DNA of 63,137 nt, counting the filler, from Reclinomonas americana ATCC 50394 (lineage: Eukaryota), in assembly GCA_048213135.1 (NCBI GenBank). It is 5 parts of 2 records of this genome, joined end to end, with 100 filler letters (N's around TTAATTAATTAA, not from the genome) between each part and the next. Parts side by side here need not be neighbours in the genome. Positions count along the whole stretch, not along the records: positions 13,128 to 32,851 come from PS015573.1; positions 32,952 to 35,578 come from PS015574.1; positions 35,679 to 49,035 come from PS015574.1; 2 more parts are not named here. One strand, 5' to 3'. Position numbers and translations under genes: made by a program. Under the pieces are notes generated by a model that was not told where the DNA came from, did not search any database, and saw only the letters and a list, made by a program, of their open reading frames with translations. How positions within the stretch are numbered: position 1 is the first letter of the stretch; each line of letters opens with the position of its first letter. Below, piece after piece: positions 29,501-42,838 of the stretch.

Positions 29501-32500
29501 CGAATGCCTTCGGCAGGTGGCGGCTCCGTGTTGAAACCACGCAGCATCGACAGCGGTGAGTTGAGCAAGTACGCGTGTGCCAGTGAGTCGCTCTCTCTCA
29601 GTGTGTGCCGTCCGTAGCGTGCCAGCAACTCGGGAGTGATGAGCGACGTCTTTTCACCAGCAGACACCTGTGCACAGCAAAGCACACACTGCGCGTCAGC
29701 CCGTGCATCGCACTTTTGATTATGCACACAGACGTGCGCAACACCAACCCGTTCATGCCGAGTGACCGGCTCGCCGTCGAGGTTGACCAGCACAGCGAGC
29801 CGACGCACGAGCAGCTGTCGGTAGTTCTTGACGTCGCAAATTCCATTGTTGCGCAGATTGAGGTGGACGAGATTCGGAGTGTGTCGTTTCAGCATATTGA
29901 TGTCCTCCAATCGGTGAATGTGGTTGTTGTTGAGCAGCAGCGTGTGCAGCTTGTTGAGGCCTTCCAGGCCGTCAATGCGTCGAATGGCGTTAAACGACAA
30001 ATCCAAAAATCGTAATTGTACGCACGCCTGCCCCCCAAACCGCCACGCGTGTCAGCATGTGCGCCAACACGGCAAGTGCTTGGAGAAGACTACACACACA
30101 TACACACACACAAACCTGCACGCCGTCCATGCTGCTCAGCATGTTGAAAGCCAGCGTGAGATGCCACAAATTGGCACCCACATTCTCGATGCGGGTGAGC
30201 GCCGACTCGAGCAAATACAGCGTAAAAGCATTCGACGAGTCGCTGTCATCCGCCGGTGCGTCGTCTCCATCGTCGTCGGCATCCCAGTGAGTTCCCAACA
30301 TCTGCGCAGCAGGCCGTCAGCACCCCTGCTTCTCTCTTTTCCGCATGTCACGAGCGCGCACCTCCACCACACTGGGAGTGATGACACCGACTTCGGGCAC
30401 GTTGGGAATGACTGGCGCCATCTCCACCAGTGCACGCACATCGGCATCATGTGGTGGCCGCACAGCACGCGGTCGCGCCGGCGATGTCAAGCCCCCATCA
30501 GCATCGCTGTCGGGCGACACGTCCACCTCGTCTCGCGCACTCGCATACTGCGCCTGTCGGTCCTCCTCGATCATGGATAGCGCCAGCTGGCGGAACTTGG
30601 CGTACGCTGGTGCCAATGCTCGAATGTCCATGACGTCGCCCTCGCTCTGCGGCTCCAGGACACGCATCAACTCCTCAGTCGATGCGTCCTCCCAGGGCCC
30701 CTCGCGCTGTGTGGTGCGTGAGTATCGTAGATTCCCAATCGAGAGAGAGAGGGGACAAGGGGAGAGAGGGACGCACCGGCTCGCCATATTCGAACTCAAT
30801 GAGGTATTCAGGCAGGCACAGCGCGTGATCAAACACGTGCCATGTTCGCTGCTTGCTGTCCTGCTTGTGACACCGGAACACGCTGGTGTAATCGGGGAAC
30901 TCGTCCTGCGAGATGCCAGAGGCCTCCGGAATGGGCTCGGGGTGCACCTTGCCGAGAAACACCTTGACAATGATCATGAAGCCGGAGGGGAACTCACGGC
31001 CGTCAATCGGCTGGCTCTTTGGCACACCCTCTGTTTGGTACAAGTGAGCAGCGCGGTGCGGATGGCAGGAGACATGGAGATGGAGAGAACGAACCGCGCG
31101 TGGAGGCCCAGTGCTCCGCAAGGGCACGGAGACGAGGCATGTCACACACAGAGACGCTGTTGGTCAGCGGAATGCCAGAGGTGCCGGTCGAATCCTATTA
31201 TTTTTGTCGTTTTTGCATTATGTCAGCACAACATCCGGTGTGCGTGCGGGAAACGCAGACGACGCAACTTGAGAGGACGAGAGATCCGGGAAGCCGGACT
31301 CAATGATGCGGAACAACTCGGAGGGGTCATTGGGAGACTGCCCGTAAAACAAGTACTCCAGCGACCGCTTGTAACTCACGTCACTCACGTCGACCAGGCG
31401 TTCCAGTGATTGCTCAAAGCGATTGCGAAGGAAGCGGTTGTGGATGCGGATCACACGCGTCACACGCACAGACTCGGTGCGCACCGCCGGCAAATCAGGA
31501 GACGGGTACGTCAGCGACGATGCGGCCTCCAGCTGGGCCACACTGGTCAATGCTGCAACACGTGAAATGATGGTGGGAGTGAGTGAGCGAGTGAGATGTG
31601 TGCAAGTGCACGTAGACAAGGAGATGGAGACCGACCTGTGCTGGAGGACGGACTGGACGATGCTCCGGTGAAATAGCGATTGCGCACCAGATCGACGCAG
31701 GACGTGTACCACACATCACTCGGCTTGCCCTCTTCCATGCGAATGTTGCCGCCAGTCTCCAACTCCACCACCAGGCGACTGTTCACGGGGGCAGCAATGA
31801 TGAGGACGTGGATTGCGTGCTGGGTACACCAATTATGCGACGCAAACCTAATATTCATCGATGAAATGTGCTCTGCGTGCTGTCGGAATGCCGTAAAATG
31901 CCGTTGTAGTGCCGAAAGCTGCGAGTAGCGGCGGGCGGTGGAATCAATCACCAGCTTGCGCTTGCGTGTAATGGCATCCAAGTGCTCCTTCACGCTGTTG
32001 AAACCGGCGTACGTGGTGAGGTAATGGCCCTGGAAGTCTTGGTACTGCGGAGCGGACGATGAAAGGCGTGTGTGTGAGAGAGAAATGGCAGGGCAGAAGG
32101 GGAGGGTCGAGCCACACCATCGGTCCGCGTCCATCGCGCAGTTGGGTCATTTCGCGATCCACCTGCTTGCTCAGTCGGAGCAGCGTGGAGAGATTGGAGT
32201 CCAGATGCGACAGCACACGCGATCGCAATGCGCGTCCGCGACGAATGACATTCGACGTGTTCCGCTTGAGGGTCTTGATGCGCATATTGTAGTACATGCG
32301 CTTCTTGATCACAGTGGCGTCGGCCAGTCGACGCGCCTCGTCGGAGACTGCGAGCGTGTCCAGCGTCTGAATGCGAGGCAGCGCATACAAGGCGTAGGTC
32401 TGGTAGTTGCAGAGAAGGCACAGCGGATTGGCGCCAAAGTGCGGGTCGGTGAGACTGACGCGAATTAGGCGCGGCATGCGACGCAGCACCGACAAGCAGC

Positions 32501-32794
32501 GAAAGGAGCCAATCAAGTTGCCGGCCAGATTGAGTTCCTGCACACAGTACTCGTCAGCTTCGACGATTGCACTCTCTTCCCGCATGCATCGTGTGTGGGG
32601 GGCGCAACAGTGAGATTGGTATTGTGCAGCAGCGCCTCGTCAATGCGCTCGATCTTGTTCATGCCCAGCATCAACACCTGCAACTCCTGCAGCTGCTCGA
32701 TACCCTCAATGTTCCTCAATCGGTTCTCCGACAACCACAACGTGTGCAGATGCGTCAAGTGGTCGAGACCCGTGACGCGCTCAATTTGGTTGTC
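26515..32794 (-). CDS. LRRC9: LRRC9-like SDS22-type LRR protein with central PARP-like region and polyQ tail, 5' partial
   Basis: Many LxxLxLxxNxI repeats and LRRcaps; KKRMYYNMRIKTL, ELETGGNIRMEEG, RIHNRFLRNRFE, LPEYLIEFEY. Confidence 0.82.
27350..27608 (-). repeat. CAG/CAA coding microsatellite (polyglutamine)
   Basis: Several Q5-Q8 runs in frame with the LRRC9 C-terminus. Confidence 0.9.
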
Positions 32795-32895
32795 GTGACT
32801 GTGTCGCGCGCGCGTGAGAGACGTGTGGGATGCAAAAATCAACACAGGTGCNNNNNNNNNNNNNNNNNNNNNNNNNNNNNNNNNNNNNNNNNNNN

Positions 32896-32907
32896 TTAAT
32901 TAATTAA
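32896..32907. other. Artificial scaffold linker
   Basis: TTAATTAATTAA between N runs. Confidence 0.97.
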
Positions 32908-33185
32908 NNNNNNNNNNNNNNNNNNNNNNNNNNNNNNNNNNNNNNNNNNNNTTTTGTCTGAGTGTGGTGTGTGGTGTTGCGATATCTTTTTGTATTCAGC
33001 AAATCGTGCGCAGCGAGAAGAGAATTGAGAGAGAAGAAAAAGAGAACAAGAAGAAAGACTCGGGGCGGTGTGGTGTGTGTAAGCGGTGGAAAAGAAACAA
33101 TGTAAAGCAAGACATGGTGCATGCACTTCAAGATCGTTCTTCAGTCCTGCGTCCTTCCGCTCAGTCTTCACCTTCGCAAACGATC

Positions 33186-33730
33186 ATGGCCGCAGCACCA
33201 TCGGCATCGGCGCCCACCGACTACATCACACTGGTGTCGAGTGATGGCTTTGAGGTGAGCGCGTGTGCGTCTGTGCGCATGGCAGAAAGACTGTTGTTGC
33301 CGTCGTCAGTTTACTCAACAATCAATCAACGGCCATCACAGTTCGTGTTGCCGCGCAAGGCCGCCTCCATCTCCAAGTACGTGCGCAAGGCAGTCGCTGG
33401 CGAAGCTGGTCTGTGTGTGCGTGAGAGAGAGAGGGAAACGGGCGACAGTCGCTGACTGAGCGGGTTGACAGGGAGTCCGTTTGAGGAGCGCAATCGCATC
33501 GTGTTGGTGCCGGATGTGAGGGCGTCGGTGTTGCAGGAGGTGCGTGATGAGGTGGTAGCACCACTGCTGTGTGTGCGTGTGTGAGTGCTCATGTGTCGGC
33601 GTGACAGGTGTGTCGGTACTTGATGTACAAGACGCGATACGATCACGAGCCAGAGACGCGACCCGAGTTCAAGATCGATCCGGCCATGAGCATCGAGCTG
33701 ATGATGGCCGCGCACTTCCTTCAGGCCTAA
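33186..33730 (+). CDS. ELOC: Elongin C
   Basis: YITLVSSDGFE|FVLPRKAASIS..VLQE|VCRYLMYK..PEFKIDPAMSIELMMAAHFL; 3 introns. Confidence 0.92.
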
Positions 33731-33837
33731 AATCCTCCACTCGTACAATGAATCACAACAGCAGCGCATAAGGTTGGCCACACACACACAATCCATTTTC
33801 TTCATAAAAAAGGCGCCCCACTACGTGATTGCTGCCA

Positions 33838-35103
33838 TCAATGGTGGGCAGCGTGTGGACCACCGGCCTTGGTCTGCGGGCCCAGCAGCTTGCCATCGTC
33901 GGTCACGAATGATTCTTGCACCTCGATCGCGAACAGGCAGCGCAGGCCGACCAGCACGAAGAAGGTCAGGAAGAGGAGGATGAGGATGGTGTTGAGAATC
34001 GTCGGCGTAATGTACCTGTGGAAACAAACCATCAGCAGCCGCAACGAGGAAGCAGGGAAGCCACAACAACGAAAGTGACGAAACGAGTTGTGCGGCCCGT
34101 ACGGCGCACCGCCCACAGAGCGAATGGCGGCTGTCGAAAGCACCACAGGCGCCCGAGTGCTCACACGCTCCGCCGTAAACACCACAAAGTGCTGGCCCGG
34201 CCACGACTCCGACAGACGCGCCAGGGTCTCCGCCAACACGCTGCCGGCCTGGCCCGCCAGAAACTCCTCATGCGACACATGCACCACCACCGCATCACCA
34301 GCAACCAGTGTCTCCGGCGCAAACTCCTTCAGCGACACCACGCGCTTGCCACGCAGACGATCGCTGACTGCGCGCACAGACTCGGCCAGCACGCCCTGCT
34401 GTCCACGAGTGCTCCACTCCTTCAACGCCGAGGCCACATTGTTGCTCTTGTCCTCGCTCGACGCAAAGGCACCGGCCACTCGCGCAAACTCGCCCACCTC
34501 CAGCTGTCAAACGAGCAATCAAACGAATTGAGGGTGATGCAGCAAACGTGGTGCGAAATTAACTCTTTCTTCTTGTCTCTCTCGTGTGCGTTTGTGTGTT
34601 GCATCAGTTAGTGCATGCACAATGGTGAGATGCATGTCACGCAACGCAGCAGTGCGCAGAAGTGAGTTGATCAGCAGATGTGCTCGTTCCTTGTCTCTCT
34701 CGTGTGCTCTTTCTCTCTCCTTCACTCTCTCTCTCTTTCTCTGTGAGTGTCGCACGCACCTCGTCCACCAAGAAGGCCACTGAGACACCATCCAGCTTGC
34801 TCGTTGTCTGTGCGCACATGAGAATGCGCGTGTGAGTGTGAAGAGTGCGAGGCATGCCACGCAGCGCGCGACAGACTCCGCTGGCACTCACCACAAACGC
34901 CAGTGAGACAGCGCCCACAGAGGCTTGTGAGGGGCTGCGCGTGCAGTGGCAGCGCGTGTGAGACACCTGAGTGCGACATGGCACGCAAAACAACAAAGAG
35001 CAGCTCACCGAGCTCCCCAGGTGAGCAGCGGCGAGTCTGCGCGTGCCACAGACACGCACAGCAGCACCACGACAAGTGCAGCAATCACAGAGACCGAGCG
35101 CAT
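33838..35103 (-). CDS. V-ATPase accessory subunit Ac45/Voa1-like type I membrane protein
   Basis: Signal peptide MRSVSVIAALVVVLL; C-terminal YITPTILNTILILLFLTFFVLVGLRCLFAIEV..F TM/tail motif. Confidence 0.7.
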
Positions 35104-35190
35104 GGCGCGACAGTGAGAGGAAGGGCGAGATGAGGGGTTACTGCGATTCCAATTGCCAGCTCACCGCAACCTCCAATCAAATCACACACA

Positions 35191-35515
35191 ATGAAACGCA
35201 GTCGACAGGAGGTCGAGGCCAGCGACAGTGTGCACGATGCTGCTGTGGATGCTGATGATGATGCAGTGATGGGCGGCGATGTGTCAAGCGGTGACGACGA
35301 AAGTTTCGTGTGTGTGTGTGTGTTGTTGTTGATGTGAATGTGCACGAGCGCCTCACTCACTGTTTTTTCTTCGTTGCGGCAGATCCTGATCGATTGCGTG
35401 ACGAGATGCGCAAGGTCAAGCGGAGAAAGAAGCGTGCGGCCACCACAGACCGCGACTTTTCGCACTTTTCCGAGGCTATGGCCAACATTCAGGCCAGCAA
35501 GCAACCCGGTCCCAA
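35191..35515 (+). CDS. Partial acidic/basic nucleolar-type protein, possibly RRP15-like
   Basis: MKRSRQE..DDE|NPDRLRDEMRKVKRRKKR..FSEAMANI; truncated at scaffold end. Confidence 0.4.
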
Positions 35516-35622
35516 GGTCAGCTTGCTCACTGCTCTCTGCCCTACTCTGCCCTGCTCCGTCTCTGTCTCTGTCTCTCCNNNNNNNNNNNNNNNNNNNNNN
35601 NNNNNNNNNNNNNNNNNNNNNN

Positions 35623-35634
35623 TTAATTAATTAA
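35623..35634. other. Artificial scaffold linker
   Basis: TTAATTAATTAA between N runs. Confidence 0.97.
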
Positions 35635-35679
35635 NNNNNNNNNNNNNNNNNNNNNNNNNNNNNNNNNNNNNNNNNNNNT

Positions 35680-38600
35680 GTTGTCGACTGCCACTCTCGG
35701 TCGCACCGACATGCGCATCAGCGATTGCGATTGCAGCAGGGTGTGCTGCGTCAGCTGCTCGGTGCCACCACTCAGTGCTTGCCACACACTGGGCGACAGG
35801 GGAGCATTCGGTGCCGGTGACTCTGCTCGATCGGGGTTGTCTGTGCTGCTATTGTGCACGTCGGCCACTCGCTGCTCGTCCAACTGCTGCTGCAGATGGT
35901 GCAAAAAGGCCGATTGCGGCTGCTGCGCACTGTGACCAGCACGTCGCTCCGACAGTCGTCCTTGCGGGCCGAATGCCAGCTGCTCGGCGACACTGCATGC
36001 ACAGAAATTGAAGAAGAAGAAGAAGCGAGTCAGCTGGTGTGGCCATGTGGAAAAAGGCGAGCGAAGGTTGGACGCACAAGTGCTTGGCGCGCGTCACAAA
36101 GTCGTCGGCCTCTTGCAGTGCGGTGTCGGTCCGCACATCCTGCATGTGACTCCGCCAGCGACGATCGAGCGCCGGTTGGTGGCGACCGCCAGGCGGTTCC
36201 GGCAGACTGGCGTCTTCATCGGCGGTGGTGCGCGGAATCGGCGACATGGACAGCACATCACTGTCGCGATAAATGCATGAGAGGCAACGTTAATGCTGCG
36301 TCGGCATGCGTGGTGCAGAGGGAACGCAACGTCCGTGACTGCGGCGGCTGTGGCAGTGGATCACGGCGAGGGGCCGGGATGCGGATCGGCTCTCGTCCAC
36401 GTGAAGAGGAGGAGCGCTTCAGCGAAGACTTTGGCACGGCACCGCTTGCATTCGCCGTGCGCGGAAGCGGTGGACGACTTGCTTCCGTCTGCTTGTCACC
36501 GGCAGCGGCAGCCGCGAGGCGAATGGTAGATGGGCGGTACGACTCGGTGGAGGGGCGAACACGTGCCACAAGATCGAGAGAGACTCCAGTCGGCGAGCGC
36601 GAAGTGGCGCGCGCCAGATCCACGACAATCGCTGGATCGCCACTGCCGACCGGCACAATGAGCGACGGTCGACGCAGTCGTGCCTTTGACCGATTCTTCT
36701 TTGGCGAGGTTTCGTGAGACCTGCGCAATGTGTCAGCTCACATTTCAAAAACGCCCCCCAGGGCCACCAGCGACCACAAACCGTCGTCCGGCACTGTACG
36801 AGCGGAGCACTGCGTCGTGTGGTCGTTCGCCGAGCGCAGGTGACACGCGGCCGCCACCGCCTACCATCTTGCGCGGCGAGCGTGGGGGTGGGGTGTGTGA
36901 TCGCGACCGACTTGTCTGCGACGAAGGTGGTGGAGTGCGTGCACGCTGCAGAGTCTTGCTGTGATGGTCCTGCTCGTGCCACGCCTCTGCAGTGGCAAGC
37001 TGTGTGAGAGAACGAAAAAAGGTGCCGACTCGCGGAAAACCAACCGAAGCGTGCATCATCTGCCTCCGTTCGCACAGTGCGCTGGAAGGGCGACACACTG
37101 CGTGAACGAGTGGATGCGGACACCATGCCAGTTGTCGGTGGCGATGAGCGGACAGTGAGTTGCCGCCACACTGGCACAGTGGTGCGCGTGATACCATCGT
37201 CGCGTGCCGACACCATCTGCAGGCTGCGCTGCAGTTGTTGCGGGTGCACTGGTCGCACACTTGCTCCATTGACGATTGTACCTCCGCCGTCACTGCTGCT
37301 CGTGTCACTGCCGTTGTCGGCTGCTGCACGCGCCACCAAACGGGTCGGTGAAACAACACTGCGCCGCCAAGACGGCAGCACGTCGCTCCGCTCCGACTCG
37401 GTGGAGCTCTCCACCGACTGCAACCTCGACAGCACGACATTGCGTGCGTCGAGTGCGTACCGCTTCTCTGCCGCTCTGCGCCACCACGCGTCAGTCACCC
37501 ACTCGAAACACGTTTTCTTAATATGCAATCAAACCTCTCTTGGTACTTGTGGTGGCCGGCCAGTGAGATTTGTTGTGCCACGTGCAGCCGCCAGTGCCTG
37601 CGCCAAAGTGAGCAGAAGAGTACAAGCTAGTGAGATGAGCAACAGTGAGCAGGGATCGCACCGGAACGCTCGCTCCATGAGGCGCCGAATGAAGAAACGA
37701 CGAGCCGCCTGCACCCTCCGTGCGGTGGAGTCCTTCCACGCAGCAAAGCAGTGCCGCAGCCAGCGCATCCTGCGCCACGTCAATCAGCCTTGCGCACTAC
37801 ACACAATACACACAGAGAAGCAAGAGACGCAACTTCCACCACAACACAGCCGCCGTCTGCCTGGCTCTCTGCTCCAGCAACTCCGGAATTACCACGCTGC
37901 GTACATGCCGTCGCACTCGCGAACGGTGCATGCGAGCAGCAGCTGCGCGATGACGCCACACCACCAGCGCGTCGACCATCAGGCACCAGTGCTGACGCCA
38001 CAGAATCGGTCGAGCCTGCATCTGCAGGCGCAGCTGTCGCAGCCAGCCGTAAAAAGCCACTGAGCGCAGCCTGAATGCAACACGCGCCACCACCTGCTTG
38101 CTGATCGAGCGAAGGCGTCGCCGTCGCATGCGACTCTTCATGGCCGCCGTGCTCCACGCCCACATGACCGTGGCAATCAGCTGCGCAATGTGTGAACTCG
38201 GGATGCCCGCCTGCTATCTTACAGCAGCCGGAACGCAACTCGCTTCTCGTTCTGTTGCTGCACTTTGTGTGCGAATCGCCGAACGTCGTGGTGCACCACA
38301 GCTCGCCGTCGCCAGTGAGCGAGCGCCTGATGCAACACTGCCAGTCTCCGTGCCGACAGCAAGTGTCGTTCGACGCGACGCAGTAGACGCATCCGTCGGC
38401 AGTGCACTCGCCATCTGCCAAAACACTGTGTGCGCGTGTGCACGCGGTGAGCACGACATGGAGATAAAGGGAATAGAAGAGCGTGCGTGTGTGTAGATTG
38501 GACTGACCTTGCGCATCGCAGCAACGCGTGACATGCGTTGGCGGTGGGCGGTGATGTGCCACTCGCGGAGAATGTGCTGTTGGAGACGGAGGCGACGCCG

Positions 38601-41600
38601 TCGTCGAAGGCGTGTAGCCTTGACGAACAGGTGCCAGCGGTCCCAGGCAAGACGCAACAGTGGATAGAGTGGCGACGATCTGCACGGCACGTGACAGTGT
38701 GAGTGGAGGAGCACTGGGGGGAAAAACTCAGGGCACTGCCGCACCGAAACCAGTACGGCACACGCTTGACTGATGTAGTTTTGCGATCGCGAGACACGGG
38801 TGGCGAGCGCATGCGCTCTTCGCCCAGCGAGTACGCTCGATGCACTGCAATTACCATCGGTGAGGGCACGCATACACGCTGTGTGGCCTTCAAATCGACT
38901 CACCAGCCAAGAGCACCAGTGGCCGCAGTTCCACGCGCAGTCGCTGGTGAACGGAAAACGCTCGCTTCCAGTGCACCAGTGCACTCTTGGCGATACGCAC
39001 AAAGCGCCGCACCTGCAAGTCGATGCGTGGTGAGGCTAGCGGGAAAAAAACGCAATGGCACTGTGGCAGCGTAACGATAATTGTACGACTTGCCACCCGA
39101 TCGCGCCGTCGTTGCGCCACGAATCCGTGTCGCCACCGGCGGAAGGCTCTCCACACCAGACGCCGATGCCGCACCAGCGCACCCGCAGCAACAGCTCGCC
39201 GCTCCACTTGTCTCCACAGGTGTTGCTCTCGCCATCTGCACCGACTCGTCAGAAGAAGAAAGTAGGCGAGACGACGACGACATCCCACAGTGGATACTGC
39301 TGACCTGTTAAGAGCGCGTGCCAAGATGGCGTCGTGGTGCATCGCAAGGCAGCGAATTCCTCGAGCACTGACAGCACGCCGATCGGCCGTGTACTGGCGC
39401 CACTCGCGAAGGCATTGCGCAACACGAGAGCGATCAAACTGATTCAAAACTGCGCAAAGAAAAGAGAGAGAGAGAGGGAGACAAGTTTAGACGACTGAGA
39501 TGAATCACACGCGAGGGAGGAGATCTGCAAGCGCAACTGTACACGGCCAGTCCACGCAGTGCCATGCGTCGCTCCGATGTGTCTCTCCACCGCCGGAACA
39601 CTGTCGACAACAGCGCAGCACGACGATGGCGCGCAGCTCGCTGCGTGAGACTACAATGTACGCAGTTGCGTTTTGTTAGTTTTTTCTTCTTGACATGTGC
39701 TAACATGACTCATCCACTGTGACGCACTGGGTGATGGTGTCGAGCTCCGCCAGACGCCGGTGCCACTTGGCAAACGACGACCGCAGCATGCGCAAGCGGC
39801 TCCACAAGACAGCGGCACGCTCGAGCTGTGTGGTACACACGTCAAGTAAGCAACATCGACCGCACTCTCCTACTCACGACTGTCATGCGACACACGCTGA
39901 CCTGCTGGTTGTGGGCGGCGTGTTGTCGTCGCCTCTTCCACAATCGAAAGGCACTCTCGAGCAGCACCTGCTGATGTCGGTTGCTGATCAGCACCATCCC
40001 AACAGCCAGAGTCGCCCGAGTGCGCCACAGCTCAAAGTGCCTGAACAGCGTGTCGCGGCGACGTTGCATCTCCGCCTGCAGGTCACGTGAGGTGAGTGGC
40101 CAGCAACACCAGAATAGTGCGCAGTGTGCAGCAAAACGCAACATGACACGCCAGCACTCGCTGCCGATGCCGACGTGACCAGTGACGAAACACGTGCGAG
40201 AGCAATTGCCGCCTCCGCAACTCGAGAGCCTGCCGCTTGTGGCCTTGTTGCCGATCCGCACTGCCACCATGGCCACACAGTTTAAATAGGCTGCTCACCA
40301 TGCCGGCGAGCATGGAAGAGGCGAAAAAACTCACCGAGACAGCTGGTATCGCCATCGTGCAAACCAACTGCGCAGTCGAATGTGCTCCACTGCGGGTGTG
40401 CACAGCGAGTCGATGCGCCGCTGCTCTCGTCGTCGAATGCACACATGCATCCAACCGGCAAACATCTGCTGCACGAGGACGGCACGGTGGTGCTGCAGCG
40501 CCAGTGTGCGAGCTTTTCGACGACGCCCGGCGACTTCCGTGGCACGACAAAAGGCGGCAAACACCTTGCGCAGTCGCACAATGGAAGCTCGGCGTGCACG
40601 AGATCGAAATGACACACGACTTCTCCAACTCGCTCGCATACGCTCAAACACAAGACGCAGACGACACTTTGTGAAGGCGGCCACCAGCTGCGCACAGCGT
40701 TGCCGGTACACCAGTGTACTCTGCCATTGCGAGAGTGCCCGCGCTTGCCGACTGCATCTCTAGAGTCAGTCACTAGCAAAAATCAACAAGCATGCAGTAC
40801 GCACTGATGCCGCGCCAAAGACTCCACTTCCCGACTGCGTTCTCGCAACCTCCTGGCTTCCTTCCACAGTGACCACAGTCGGCGTAGTCTCGAAATGACC
40901 AGCAAGCGCCCAAAGTCGCGACGATGCAGTCGTTTGCGCCAACCCTGTGCGAGCACCATTGCCAGTCAGTGGTCACCACCAACGTTGCGGCACTCGACAC
41001 ACGCACCCAAAAGTACACGGCCAGCTGCAGAGTGCGTTGCCGGCGGCGCACAATGTATCTGTCCACCATTTCGCGTCTCCACACTCGAAACGATTTCCTG
41101 AGCAGTCCGCGTCGCCACTGAAAGAGACGAACTCGTTCCTCCAGGTCCGCCGCCGTCGGCGACGGAGCTGTTGGTGGATGGCTGAGGCTGGCAGGATGGA
41201 CAGATGACAGCGACATGAGCGAGTGCGACGACCGCGCGCTGGCCGACGAGGCTGGAGTTGTCGACATGGACAAGGGCGACGGCGTGCGTGCCGCCATTGT
41301 TGCCACCGAGCTGCTTGAGGCGGTGGTGGTCGTGGTCGTAGTGGTGGTGGTGCTGGTGGCAGTAGCAGCAGCAGCGGTAGCAGCAGTGATCTGGGTGCCT
41401 CGGGCGAGTAGGTGCGAGTAGGGCGATACGTAGTCAAACTTGCGCGGTGCAGCCGCAGTCGATGCCGACAACCGTGATTCGGAGCCAAGCAGAGGTGGCG
41501 GCGGCGCTGACGGTTGTGCTGTTTCTGGTGGCGGCAACAGTGGTGGAGGCAATTGCACACCACGCACTGGCGATTCGTGTACCAGCAGGCGACCGGTGAG

Positions 41601-42776
41601 TGACGACGACGACGACGACAGCAATGCTGACGACGATGCCGACGACGCTGCAAAGTTGGATCTCGAGGCCGTCATTTGTGCTTCCAGCAGGCTGAGCTCG
41701 TGTTGGATTCGTTGCTCGAGGTTCCGCGACAGTGTCGTTGCAGAATGAGTATCCAAGTGGAACTGTGAGGTCGCCGACAATGGAGTCAGATCGGTGTCGT
41801 CGGCGTCGTCGTCGTCCTCTCCAAAGTGGCTGTCGGCTCTCGCCAGCGAGAAATGCGAAGAGCGCAGTGACTCCACGGTCGGTGGCACACTGCCGTGACT
41901 CCCAGAGCCCCCGTCGTCACGCCATCGACCACTGCTGCTCCTGCTGCCGCTGCTGCTGCTCGTGTGGCTGTGATGACCAGTGGTGGACTCCAGACCCGAG
42001 GCCAACAACGCAGTGCGTGCCGTGGCACCGAGAATTCTCTGCTGTTGACCGCTGCTGGAGACTGTGACGCGAGCGACAAACGTACCGTGAGTAGGCGCGA
42101 TGCCAGTCTCTCTCTCTCGCAAGAAAGTGTAACTGTACGAGTCGCGAGAGTATGCCAGCGACACGCTTCTGCCACTGCTGCCAATGTCTCCTGTGGAGTT
42201 GAGGGCCGACATACTCAACGCAAGACTCTGCGTAGTACAGTCAACACTAATGAAAAGACCACATTCAGGAGAGTTGTCGAACCGAGTCTGGCATGATGGA
42301 GCCTGGCGGCGTGAAAGGCGTCGCCTGCAGTCCACCAGCTCGCAGTCGACTGGCGCGCAGGCGCTCTTGAGCATGAGGCGACGGCGTGATGATCACTCTG
42401 CGCACAGTGTCGACATACATAACGCATGAGACCAGCAGCAACACAGCGAGGGTGATCGATGATCACGCAACCTCTTCTCTGGCGACATGCTGAACGCAGA
42501 CGGCGGCGACGCCAACAACGATGCCAGCGACGATGCCGACTGCGGCGGCGTCCGCACCACACGCACAATGTCCACACGCCGTCGTCGCTGCGGCGACAAG
42601 GATGATCGCAACGACGACAAGGACAAGCTCAGCTCGTCATCGTCGACAGCAGCGTGATCATCACCGTAATCGCCGCCATCATCATCATCATCGTCGTCGT
42701 CGTCGTTGTCTCCCTCTGCGTGCGATTGGTGATGTGGCCGTCGGCGACGCCGCCTGGGATGACGGCGATCCAACAT
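35680..42776 (-). CDS. Sfi1-like centrin-binding repeat protein, 3' partial
   Basis: Many basic repeats ending F/LxxW[RK] (LLRKSFRVWR, LFRHFELWR, AFRLWK, LLSTVFRRWR, VWRAFRRWR, CFAAWK); start codon uncertain. Confidence 0.75.
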
Positions 42777-42838
42777 CACCAAAAAACACGATTTTGGCGC
42801 CAACGGTGAGCAGGACGCGCTGTACTTCACCGACCGAC

